Under the pieces are notes generated by a model that saw nothing but the letters and a program-made list of their open reading frames with translations, did no database searches and was not told the origin of the DNA. Both the position numbers and the translations under genes were made by a program. Below, piece by piece: positions 24,253-35,908 of a stretch of DNA of 54,872 nt; the first letter of the stretch is position 1, and each line of letters begins with the position of its first letter. Source of the stretch: Neolecta irregularis DAH-3 (Eukaryota); NCBI GenBank assembly GCA_001929475.1, contig LXFE01000464.1, positions 1-54,872 on the forward strand, written 5' to 3'.

Positions 24253-25164
24253 ATGCCATTGACTCCCAATTACCGACGCGATGCTACCTCCTCAGCGAAG
24301 TCGAGCTCTCGCTTTAAGAGAATTGGGAAAAACACGAAAGCCTGGTTCTCAAAGACTGTCAAAGGCGTATCTATCAATGAGTCACAAGAGACAAAGACCT
24401 CGTACACCAATTTATTGTCGTCACTCTAATGGCCAGATTTCAGGTCGTTAGTCGAGCGCAGGCAGCAGATTCTGCTGTAGATGTTCACTCTCTGCCTCCA
24501 AGTGCGCCTTTGTTGCAAACTGCTGTCACGCCGTCAATTGAAGTTGTCGTTCATGCAGATGAAATCGACAATATTGCGAGCCTCTGTAACAGTGACATTG
24601 GGTATATTCTTAGATTTTCGACACTAATGCTTTTAGTGCACCGGTGGAAACTCAACCGAAATCCGCCTCGAAGATTGATAAAAATAAGTACCAAATCGCC
24701 TACATAACAAGATTTCGTGAACACTTTGACGAAATCGATGACGAGGACGGGAATATCATCCTTGCTTCTAAATGTACAAATGGACTTGCCGGTACCTTGG
24801 AATGTGGTGGCGTCGAAGTGCGGAGGAATGTGGCGGGAGCTACTGTTCCCCTTTGCAGGTACACACATACTCGGCAATTACAAATGCTAAATTGCAAAGC
24901 ACTGTCGATAGTTCATCACCTTCATCATCGCAGTCTGCGGTATTGCAGCGGCCCGGGATCTACCGAAGTACTTTGAACGCGAGTTCTACAGACTGTACTT
25001 CGACCCTTAGTCGAATATCGGATGAATACTTGAGCCGCGATGATGCTAGTTCCATTTCAGAGTCATCAAAACGAGCTTCTAAATTGCTCTATGCTTGTCG
25101 GAATATTGTTAATCGAACCCATTCGATGAAGAGGCCCAGTAGCAAACAATCATCTACAAGGTAA
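24253..25164 (+). CDS. Orphan hypothetical Ser-rich protein, 4 exons
   Basis: Three short GT-AG introns with CTAA-type branch sites join four ORF segments in frame (MPLTPNYRR...KQSSTR*). Confidence 0.7.
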
Positions 25165-26802
25165 TATGCATCAAATAATTTACATTTTCTCAACTTCATG
25201 GCATGGCGTCAATGTTATTTTTAAATAGGTGCAAGGATTTGGCGCATTAATCATCTCTTTTTTGGAATACGGTATATCAATGTAATGATAAGTTTCTTTG
25301 TAGATATTTTTGTGGATATGTTAAATAATGCGGAGAATTCTACTCATCCTACAATCAGGATCTCGAAGCTTAGGAATGAATAGAAGCTCAGAGCTCTGTC
25401 CAGTCATGGTGAAACTTTGTCGACAATAATGGCGTTATGCGCTAGCACATGACGTAAGAACACGGGAAGAAGTCAGCAGGAAACAATGAACTGAAATAGG
25501 AGTCGCCTTGCTAAATGTCATTGTCCCTTCAGGTTCAGTACCGAATATAGCATAACGTCCAAAGCTCTTCGAACGTCATTAGGGCCAAAATTTCGTGGGA
25601 GAATTTCCAGGCTAGAGAGCCCAGGTGTCAATAAAGAATCTGAAGCATAAACAAGCAAAAAGAAAGGAAGGAGGATGATAAATCATTCTGTGCGTGGCTT
25701 CACCCGCAGACTTCTCTTTCAAACCCGCCTCGTTCTTGGCGCAAATCCTCTAGTTCTAGGAGATCCTCGGTTCTGGGCCTAGAGAATCTTTACCGAGAGA
25801 CGTCAACGTTAGCGAAGAACGTACTTGACGTCTACCCAATTATCTGATGGACGCTATTTCTTTGTCAGCAACCCATTAGTTAGAATTTCTCCAAACAAGA
25901 AGATTCCGCTTCCATCTTTGATTGTGAGTTTCAATATCTTCTCTATTGATCCTCGCAAGTCAACATACCAACCAACAGTTCAAAGTTTGCGGAAATAAAG
26001 CAGTTATTGTAGCAGATAGATCACTTTTCCACTAAAAAATGAACCTTCCAACATAAAAACCCATTATCTTTGCCGATGTTACATGTGCGGGTATTTTAGA
26101 TAAGAGCCTAGTCTCACTTGAGCATCGAGAGCTCACGATTATTATTCAATTAGGGGTATTTCCAACAACTACAAACAGTTCGAAAGCAAATAACATACCG
26201 GCATTCTTTCAACGATACCCTTCTTTCGTCATCATGTCGATATATGGTTGTCATGTGAACACACTGCGACACAGGGGGAAATGACACGTGCCACCATTCA
26301 AGGTCGAATTCATCCAGGGAATATCAACTTCCAACAGTTAAAGGTGCTTCTGGAGCCTTGGAACACGGGAATTTGATGGGTCAATCAGAGTCATATTGTT
26401 GTTGTGCAGGCCAGGCTATTCGTATCAAGTACAAATATGTCGACATATTTCTAAACTAGTTTTTCACCAAAACTTGTCACTCAAACTAGAGCATGACTTC
26501 TACCTCCTTTGAAAGCCGGCTAAGGGCTTGCCCCAGTGTCTTGGTTTGGCTGATTGGTGCAACTTCGCCAATGAGGCGCATTTCGCGGGATATACATTTC
26601 CCGAAAGTCTGAGCTTGTTCAGGCCTAAGTAGCTAATGATCCCGTCGGAAGCAAGGGAATAACGCTCTAGGTCGCAAAGCAATCCACTTGCTTCGCTAAC
26701 GGCACGCACTGAAAAGTTACTTTATTAACAACCCCCTTTCCCATCTCACCCAGTCGGCTTTTGATCGACGTTTATCGATCACTGCGGTTCTTCCCCTTCG
26801 TC

Positions 26803-27692
26803 ATGCCTAACAAGGCTGATGTCTCTCGCACGATTGGGAAGCTTATCGGTGAGACCAAATCGAAGGCGTCGAGTGTAAGGGTCAAAGTCTCGCAAGTCTG
26901 GACAAAAACCAGAAGACTCAATCCCTTTCACGTGGCTGTCAAGCCCATGCGTTCGTAAGAGTACCTTTGCGGTGTACTTGGTTTGACGTGTGATAAAAGA
27001 TTTTCCGTCTTGCATCGCAGAAATGACGAGGCATGGAGACTTTCATTGAGCTTCCCAGGTGATTCTGGTTGGAAGGCAGAGAACAAGGATCCGATGATTC
27101 GAAGACACACTTGTTACGGTGCGCTCGAGACAGCACGGGAGCGTGTAGATTGGAGCTTTCTATACAATGAAGAAAAACTAGTGGAAGCAATACAAGGATC
27201 GGAAAGGTAGATGTTCTAAGAGACATGTTCTAACATATCAGTCAAACCGGTTCTGTGGACGGTAATTTCAATAGTTCAGCGGACCAGGAAATAGCACCGG
27301 CGAAGGATCATACTTCTATACTTCCATCTGAAGAGGGCTCTTGTCCTGAATCAAAATCTCGGCTCTTCGTCGAAGAACAGATCATCGAACCTGGGAGACC
27401 AATGCGACCGCATCTCTCAGTCATTTCAAAGCTCCCACAGGCGAATGAAGGACTACCGTCTTGCACTGCTCCTTCTTTTCGTATTTCCTTCGTTCATGAG
27501 CACAACTCACTACCATCCTCCGATGAAGCACCTGACAAAGAAGCTTCTGCAGTTGATACGGTTCGAAATGCATTGATAACTGTATGGAACCACTCCTCTT
27601 CAGATCTTCGCCGCGAAACTTCATATATAGACCTAGAAGAGGAGTTCTCAAAAAGTCTTCGGCAGAGAGAATCAATTTGGGTGACCAGGTGA
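26803..27692 (+). CDS. Orphan hypothetical protein, 3 exons
   Basis: Two short GT-AG introns join MPNKADVSR..., FSVLHRRNDEAW... and QTGSVDGNF...SIWVTR* in frame. Confidence 0.7.
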
Positions 27693-27914
27693 TCAAGGCC
27701 AATAGTATTGATAATTATTGTATGAATTTTATGGGGGACCTGGAATGAAGATTTACCAGAAATAAAAAGAAATTAGCCTGCGTTTTGATATTCGTTATGG
27801 AAGCCATTCATTTATAGATGTGCGCCGATAGTTTTCCAAACTTGTGGCTATTTTGCTCAATAGATGACGTATCGTCGAAGCACATTCATAAGTAATATTT
27901 CTCATAACCTGTTA

Positions 27915-30393
27915 TCATGACATTTCATCTTCATATTGTCTTTCATATTTACTCTTTCCTCTAAGTTCCATCATATCAAATTGGTTGCCCATATCATTAT
28001 AGCTCGACATTGATTGGGAAGAACTTTCGCATATATTTCGCTCATTGGAGCCTCCGTTCGCGGTAGGCACCTCTATTTCGAATTGATTCGAAAGTTGATT
28101 AGTTGAAGATTCATAATCCTGACCAATGCAGGGTATGTCTTGTCGAGACCTTTGTTTTGAGGAAAAGGTCTCCCCGGAAGAATGCGCAACGTTTGTTCGG
28201 GAAGGCCTTTCTCCGTATTTGTCCAGTTCTTCGCAAGAGTTTTCGAACGAATCCTTTGCGTAACCAAGAGCTTGTTTGTATCCAAATTCATCAGGTCGTT
28301 CGTTAGCAAACTTTTCGGATAAGATCTTCTCATAGGCTGGTGTTATGAGTTCATTTGACGGTTTGGCGGAGCCTTTTTCTTGAACTTCAGAATAATTGAG
28401 TGGATTTTGTCTACCACATCCTTGAGTAGTATTTTCTCCTTCAAGGCGATTTTGATTTCTTCCTTCCTTCACTCCTTCAGCTGTCAGTCCTTCGAGAATC
28501 GTTTCGCAAGCACTGGAGTCGCGCTCTTCTATCCAAGAACGGACAACTTCGAACATTTCATTCTGCACATTATCACGGCCACGTAACGCTGGGTGATGAA
28601 AAGCACTAAGTATTTCATTACTGATACTTCGAGGTTCAATATCCGACTTGAACCAAGCCTTTGTAATTAATCCAACAGTGTGTTTAACGATCACAATAGC
28701 AATCTTTCCAGCTGGCTCATTGAGATAAGTGGTGAAATGGTCCTGTGATTCGTCAATGTAATCCATTGTTACACTAGAACGCACCTTAGACAGCATGGAG
28801 TGAGTTGGAGTAGAACTATTTGGGTTGTTCCAGACTTCGTATTGCTTTCTATATCAGTTACAACGCGAAGGAGAGTGTACAGCTTCATCTGAAATGACCA
28901 ACGAACTTCCTTCGTGCAAAACTCCAGTGACTTGACCGATTATAGGGCTAATGAAGGGTTCAAGCTGCGCAAGGACAAAGGTAGCAAGTGAATTTGTAAG
29001 TTGTTCTACCAATTCACTAAAACCAGGAATCTTCTGATTTAGTAACTGAAGCCAACATGCTCTTGCCTGGTCGATGGTATTCTCGATTATCTTTGCGACT
29101 TTGTCCCGGAATTCTAAGATCGGATAGACTCTCCGCGCAAGGTCTTCGGGATCCAGATCTGCTACACTTCCAGATTCTCGAGCTTCGTCACTAGTTTTCG
29201 CGATCTGGTCCATCTGCTGTTTTAAACCATTTGTACTTTCTCCAGGCATCTTTGAAAGCAGATTCTTGAGAAAATCAATATTCCCGTCAGAATTAGAAGC
29301 CCTGAACTTATTTCTAAGATCACCTACTCCTGTCTGTGAAATCGGTTCGATTGAACTTTGCAAAAGATGGTCGTTGGCTTCTCCGAGAAGAGAGTACATA
29401 AAGTCGGCACCACCGAATATTCCTGTGACTGCAGGGTCAAGGTCTCGCCAACAATAAAGCGGTATACCTAAAGGATAAACCGACTTTCTATTAAGTTCAA
29501 TCTTCGTGTTTGACCCCACATGTGCGAATACATTGTTGTAACCCAGTTCGATCAACGCAAGCTCGCAATAGTTGCTATGAGCTGAGAAATCTTCTAGGGT
29601 ATGTAGGCTTTGTCCAAGTAACCGAAAAGCTTCAAACAAATCTGCCTCATTTTTCGATGTCTCATAGCGTCGTCCGTATTCAATACATAATTCTAGACTC
29701 GTTCGAACATAACCTGCACTCGTAGCCCAACCACCATCCTCGTTTGCAATGTAGTTGTTCATCCCAGTCCTTGGATCGACTGCATATTCTTCTGGATCAA
29801 CTGAACCTCGAAGTCTCTTATCGAGAGCTTTTGGATCCTCATCTTCTCCGTAACCTTTTGGATTATCAATGTGCTCTTCCGGGCGATAACAGCCGAGCCT
29901 TTCATTTGTGACTTCAAATTCACCAGTGGCATCTTATCAATTAACCAGAATGTCTTCGCAAGATACTTGCACCCGAAAGTAGCAAATCCAAGTGCCCAAA
30001 CGAGAACCCGCAGGGCACCCAGTTTTATCCCACGGCCCAACGTGCCAATATCAACAATCTGAGAGTAATCGCGAAGCCTCGAATATCAGTCAAAGCTACC
30101 AGTATTGCATGTACCAATTTCCAAAGTAAATTTGCTTAACCATCAGTCCGCTGAACTTGGTATTCTTTGAAAAGAGTCCCGATGCCGGTCGCATAATGAG
30201 GTCAGCAACGATATCTCCAATATTTCCTATGCAGTATTACACGCTTGATGAATATAGTAATTGAATACTTACCATGTCTAAAAGCTTTTTGCTTGAGATA
30301 AGCATACGAGGGTATATGTCCAGCTCCAAAGGCTGCCACGGATGATATGCACAAGAATATCAAGAACACAGCGAATATATGTCGGCTTGCCAT
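27915..30393 (-). CDS. het-c: Heterokaryon incompatibility protein HET-C family, copy 2 (acidic/polar tail)
   Basis: Signal peptide then FGAGHIPS...RHGN, NWLRDYSQ, EEHIDNPKGY, GMNNYIANE, LHTLEDFSAHSNYCE, PTHSMLSKDHF, AFHHPA. Colinear with copy 1. Confidence 0.93.
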
Positions 30394-30633
30394 GTTAGTC
30401 CAAATTTGAGGAATGAGCAACTATACGATTTATAGGACCTACGGATTTCCTTTAAGCAAAAGAGCTTTGGCAGGTTTACCCAGAAAATCGACAAGCAGGT
30501 TTTCTTGCAGTTTATAATTCTTCTCACGGAAGACTACTATAAGTCTCGATGAATTTCTTGAACTTGCACCTGTAGAATAGCTTTTAAGCCCTAACTCTAG
30601 TATCTTTCGTGTCATTGGCCAAATGTTGCTAGG

Positions 30634-30930
30634 TGTGGGGACTATCAAGTATCACCGCCCCCAGACAGCAGTACAGGCTGGATCTGGCCTCTAGGAAGCA
30701 GGGGACGGATAGTACTCTCTCAATCAGAGGAAGCGGACCCTGATAAGGACAACAGTCCTAATCCGTGAGAGGAGACAGAGCGTGTGGGACATTTGAGGAC
30801 GCCCGTATGAGTATTTAGGTGGAGCCTAGCACGACTAGCGCACCAGGCTTAGTTCTGCACATCAATACGAGTTACTGTTATTGTCGCATAGGACTACTCG
30901 GCACAGATACACTACAGGACTTGACACACA
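30634..30930 (+). mobile_element. Solo LTR, same family as 4145-4445, opposite orientation
   Basis: Starts TGTGGGGACTAT and ends ...TTGACACACA. Shares blocks such as ggctggatc, aggaagcag, gaagcggacc, tcctaatccgt, cgcccgtat and tcaatacgagtt with the reverse complement of 4145-4445. TSD unclear; 3-prime end approximate. Confidence 0.8.
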
Positions 30931-31476
30931 CAGGGTGCTACTCTCTGAAAAGCCGGGATTCTGTGAGCCTGAAACTGAATCTTGCATTTGTTAGTTTTCT
31001 ATAATTTTTCCATCAAGTTCTTCCGTGTTTGGGCTAGGTCTTGGATTGAATATTCAACTTTAGACAGAAAACTTGGTAAAAAGTTGTTTTGAATAACAGC
31101 TCATTGGTAAATTATGTCACGTAGGGAGCGATTAAATGGCATCACTCGATAAAGGGGAAGAGATAATTTATTCTTTCATATTACCTGAGAGAGAAGTAAC
31201 AGGGTCGAATTTTCTGATGATACATTCTCTATGAGTAAAATGAGTGGACGAGTGGACTGCGAAAATCGATCATAGCAGTTGTCTTTGAAGGGTAGAACCA
31301 TGAAGTCCCTTGCGGTAACTCAAGGTAGACGCCAATATGGTTCCTTACGGAATTAATCCAAGAGTACAAATGAAACATTCCAAGAAACCAAATGATAAAT
31401 GAATGGATTCAGGTAAACATGAAGAGAAAACACGACAAGATATGCAGGTCAATCAAACATTTTTGACCGTTATGCA

Positions 31477-32425
31477 TTAATGATTCCGATAATACTTCGC
31501 CACAAGTTTCTCAATTGCGATCCTTTCCTCCTCGTCAGCATTCTTAGACAACTGAAGAAGTTGCTCGGTAGCTAATAGATCGAGTTTGAAATATTCCGGA
31601 GATTCACTCTTACTGTCGAGTAATCTTGAAATAGACTTTGCAATTAAACTTTTTTAAATTGTCTCAAGATACCATTTTGACGCCATACCAACCGCGTGCG
31701 TAGCCATTACATAGCTCTACACTCCTTAGGAAGGCCTTTAGGCTGTCTTGATACTCTCCTTGAAGAAAGACTACCTCCCCGTAACGAGCAAATGTTGAAT
31801 AAGAATATGGATTGAGAACTATCAGTTCTTCAAAACAAAATGCAGCTTGGGTCATTCTAAAACCATTAAAGTGGACGGAAGAGCTAACCCGTACAGGTCA
31901 ATGGAAATGTACAACTCGGCTAATTCACTCCAGCTTTCACTATCAGTAGGAAAGGAATCGAGTATCGATATAATTAGTTTGATTGAGTCTCCAGTACGCC
32001 CAGCAGACTTGAACACCGCTTCTTTTCGTTTCATAATGGCCTATTGAATCAGTCCTGAATAACAGATGGAAAGAATACGATATTGGTGCTGTCCTCTTCT
32101 AAACACTTTTCATAGAATTTAAGCGCTTCAAGAGTTTTTCCTTGCGCTTCTAGCGTCATGCCTTGCAAGACCTTCACTCTGGGCGAGGTAGGAAAACGGT
32201 CTGTGAGTCTCGCTAAGCATTGATTCGCCAGTTCATTGTTGGATGTTAACAAAGCTGCGTTGATAATCAATTCGAGAATTTCATATCCTATGAATTATGA
32301 AGTGCTCTGGAAATAATTATACCCTCTGGTCTTGTCAAAAAAGATGGATTCTTGGTTAATTGGTATGTTTTTGAAAGGAGATCAGTGGGCGACAGACATC
32401 GCAGCTCTTTCAAGGTTAACGACAT
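31477..32425 (-). CDS. EMC2: ER membrane protein complex subunit 2 (TPR protein), multi-exon
   Basis: CLARLTDRFPTSPRVKVLQGMTLEA, FPTDSESWSELAELY, AAFCFEELIVLNP, FLRSVELC, RGWYG. Confidence 0.9.
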
Positions 32426-33174
32426 GGTGGCTGTTTGTCGGGAGAATGCGGAATCTGGTGTTTTACGCTTCGGGAGAAAACGAACCTCTTGAAAAATACT
32501 GATTACGCTCGAATTGGTTGTTGCCTTCAAGAAATGGCAAGCTAAATTTACCCTCTTGTCCCGATTTGCGGCTTTAAATGAACAGAGGATCACGGTAAGA
32601 GAATTTGGACAACGCTAGAAATGAAACACTAACGATAAGATCTATTTTCTGGGTGTAATTCGTTTAATATCAGGTTGATTCGTTGAATAGCATTAAGAAG
32701 CAGAAGATAGATATCTGCCAACACGATCTGCGATTGAACTGTTGCGGCATATACCTTCAGTATGGAGGCTACACAAAGTCTTGGCAAAATCTCTTCGGAT
32801 GTCCAAAAGCGGCGAATATGTATAGAGTGATACTATGACGTACACTCCCCTGGCGGTTATTTTTCCTGGAAGCAGACAAATTTCTCTGCAAGTCCGACAC
32901 CGATGGGGTAGTAACCTGGCGGCAACCTATCGCCCGGATCAGGATCCATGGTCAAAGGAAGGGAGAAAGACACCTGTTCCGTCTCCCCATTCCGTTCAAC
33001 CGCCAGGTGGCGTTGTGGCTTTGAGATTTCGCTTGTTTCGACTGCTTGCAGAATTTTTGCCAATTGCGGTGGCGCTCCTTCAATTAAAGATCCTGGTTAT
33101 TCGTTCCACCGGGCCCTCTAGTTCAGCACCACCCTTCAAACCCTGCCAGTCGTCGATACGTCCGCCTTCATGCT

Positions 33175-34318
33175 ATGTCGATCTGCGAGATTTTCAAGCC
33201 CTTGGGGCTGGAATCGTATTCGCAAATATTTTGCGACGAAGGGTTCGAGACCTGGGAGAGTCTCCTCGATATAACGGAGGACGATCTTGAAGCTCTTGGT
33301 GTCAAGCGAGGTCATCGTCGCAGATTACAACGAGAGATTGCCACTTGTAGAGGCGTCCCGAAAGACACCCCTCTTAATATTACGTTATCTCCTCATGACG
33401 AAGATGCTGGTATCAGAAAGTTATCAAAGTCATCTGCTGATATCTCATAGAGTCGACTTGGTCATCTTCGGTACATTCGCAAACTAGTCTCGATGATAAA
33501 ATTCTTCCCCCAGTGATGGAACTACCTTCAAAAAGAAAATATCGCCATCATCCAAAGGTAGACAAGTTCCTTATATTCTTGTTCATGGGCTCAGCCTGAT
33601 ATAAATGCTCCTATGAAGCCTTTGTCCGCCTATGTGTCATTTGCAAACTTGGTTCGGGAAGAACTCAAGGCACAAAATATTTCATTCACTGAAATGGCTA
33701 AAATTGTCGGCAATCAGTGGAAATCGTTGCCCTTGGACATTCGCGATGCTAAAGATTCCGAAGCAGCAATTCAAAAGGAGGTTTACCTTAATTCCCTCAA
33801 GGCATATAGAAAGACCAAGCAATATCAGCTCTACAAAGCATATCTTGCTGAATTCAAATCGAAATACGGAAGAGACGGTACCATTTGTTATTATTGAACC
33901 AACCATGTTGATCACGACAGGCACAGATAGCTTACGCAAGTGTTCAAAAAATGCCGACTTGACTTCGGTGCCATATCCACCAACACAGGATACACCACAG
34001 ATCCCAGTGGACAAGCCTCCAAGGTTAATATTGGGACACTGTGAACCCTCTCGTCCCACAACTTCTTCCAAATGTGGCTCAGGTTATGAAACGCAAATCA
34101 TACTTCCCCCAATACGTGGCTTAGAAAGGTACTCATTTGGGACAGAATGGGGGATGTTCTCTCCGCCCTTGCGGTCTTCCTTTGCTGACTGTGTTATTGG
34201 AACTGACACCAGCGCAAGCTATAGTAATGACATGACGCCTATAAACGAAGAGAAATCCCAGTATTCATTCTTGCTGCCGGCGATAAAGGGTTCACCAGGT
34301 CTTCGTCATATATTATAG
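33175..34318 (+). CDS. SAM-domain plus HMG-box protein, 4 exons
   Basis: SAM: LGLESYSQIFCDEGFETWESLLDITEDDLEALGVKRGHRRRLQREI. HMG box: KRKYRHHPKPDINAPMKPLSAYVSFAN...ISFTEMAKIVGNQWK. Confidence 0.9.
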
Positions 34319-34444
34319 ATCATTTGTGTGTGTCAATAGGATTTCATGGAGTACTTTTAATGTAAATGGAAATATGTTCTTAAGAATGAAAAATATCTCG
34401 TGTTTTGGCCCACCTGAATCTTGAACGTCGCTGCTCCGGGCATA

Positions 34445-35599
34445 ATGACAGCCAAATCTTTTTCGTTCTCTGCCTCCCTTAAGGCTTCGACCACTTCAAA
34501 TAAATTACTACCGAAAGCCAACACTTCAAAAAACAGGAACGGGTTTGGAGGCGATTCAGACAGCGAAGATGGTGTCCCTCCAAAGAGTAGTGAAGTCCTC
34601 GTCACTGGATTTGGAAGATCTGGTGCAAAGTCGGCAGACAAAAAGGAGAAGCAAGGGTTGCTCATAATTCCTCGGATCGCAAATAAAGATTGGATGGCGG
34701 AAAGTCGAAAGAAAAAAGGTATTTATTTACCAAGCGGTCAAAGCTCTCTGGGTGCAGAGAACTTGGGTAGGACGGATCGGATCAATGACGGGCCTCAGAA
34801 AACCGGACTACAAATAGTCAAAGAGGACGATATTATAGAGAACGAAGAAGAACAGTTCATCGCTAATATGAGTATTCGCTCCGAATTAATTAAAATCAAG
34901 ACGGAAGATGAAATCGCAGTGGAAGCGTTAACTAACGCCCAAACGGAGCATGACGAATTAATTCTCAAGTCTGGAGAAAATAATGATTGGCGAATTGCAA
35001 GAAACTCTGAAGATTTAGCTTACCGTACTGATGTTGCAACTCGTCCCGAGGTACCCAGTTTGGAAGCATATGAAGCGATTCCTGTCGAAGCATTTGGCCG
35101 AGCCATGTTACGCGGCATGGGTTGGAAAGAAGGACAAGGTGTCGGGAAGAATAACAATGGGCGAACGAGGCCCAAGGAAGTTAAACAGCGGCCTCAGTTT
35201 TTGGGGATTGGTGCAAAGGAGGCGGATAATGTTGACGAGCTTGGAGCATGGGGCAAAGGTGCCTCGAAGAGGGAAAAGATGATATACAACCCAGTTATTA
35301 AAATTGACAGACAAACGGGCAAAGTTGTTGAAGACGATTTAAAAAGTTCGAGGGCAAGTTCGGTGCGAGGTAGCAATGACAAACGACGGCCGGGGCAGAT
35401 TATCGACAATGAACGTAATTTTTCACGGGGGAGTTCGAGTCGTGGGAGTGACCGAGAATATGATTTGGATCGACGCAGACCAGATGATTATCGAAACCGG
35501 GCTCAGAGAGAGGACCGGGAAGGAAGTAGTCGACGAGACAGGTCGAGAGATCGGAATGGCGACCGGCAAAGACGCGATTATAGACATGACCGACGATAG
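34445..35599 (+). CDS. SPP2: G-patch pre-mRNA splicing factor Spp2 (Cwf28-like), intronless
   Basis: YEAIPVEAFGRAMLRGMGWKEGQGVG...RPQFLGIGAK (Spp2/MOS2 G-patch) and an RD/RS-rich tail. Confidence 0.92.
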   Translation: MTAKSFSFSASLKASTTSNKLLPKANTSKNRNGFGGDSDSEDGVPPKSSEVLVTGFGRSGAKSADKKEKQGLLIIPRIANKDWMAESRKKKGIYLPSGQSSLGAENLGRTDRINDGPQKTGLQIVKEDDIIENEEEQFIANMSIRSELIKIKTEDEIAVEALTNAQTEHDELILKSGENNDWRIARNSEDLAYRTDVATRPEVPSLEAYEAIPVEAFGRAMLRGMGWKEGQGVGKNNNGRTRPKEVKQRPQFLGIGAKEADNVDELGAWGKGASKREKMIYNPVIKIDRQTGKVVEDDLKSSRASSVRGSNDKRRPGQIIDNERNFSRGSSSRGSDREYDLDRRRPDDYRNRAQREDREGSSRRDRSRDRNGDRQRRDYRHDRR

Positions 35600-35908
35600 A
35601 TTTGGCTATCAGGCGTTTCATTCATTCTGTGTTATCTATAATGTTTGAGTTGTACCACTGGATTTTTCATGGTTGCTCTTTTGGAATGCACTTATTTGTA
35701 CATGCATATGCTTTCTTGTCGCATTGACCAAATTTCGGTGGCTCTTATCGATGGTCTGGATGTTCTTGTTAGGCTTGTTTTCACTCATAGTTTAATTTCG
35801 TTATCTGTATTTCAGCCACTTTAGCCTCGATTTCCTTAACCGACCAGGCCAGGGCCTTCGTGTTTATTTTTAACCAGAAATGTGGATCCACGCCCCCGCA
35901 CAACGATA

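Noticed and set aside
26433..26450. Perfect 18-bp palindrome aaatatgtcgacatattt
   Set aside because: One such palindrome in 55 kb is not far from chance expectation, and nothing else supports a function.
4145..30930. The two LTRs as ends of one full-length retrotransposon
   Set aside because: They are inverted, 26 kb apart and diverged, enclose host genes with no gag/pol, and the first has its own TSD.
15876..32841. Scattered ATGACGT (CRE/M26-like) sites
   Set aside because: The number seen is about what a 7-mer gives by chance in this length.
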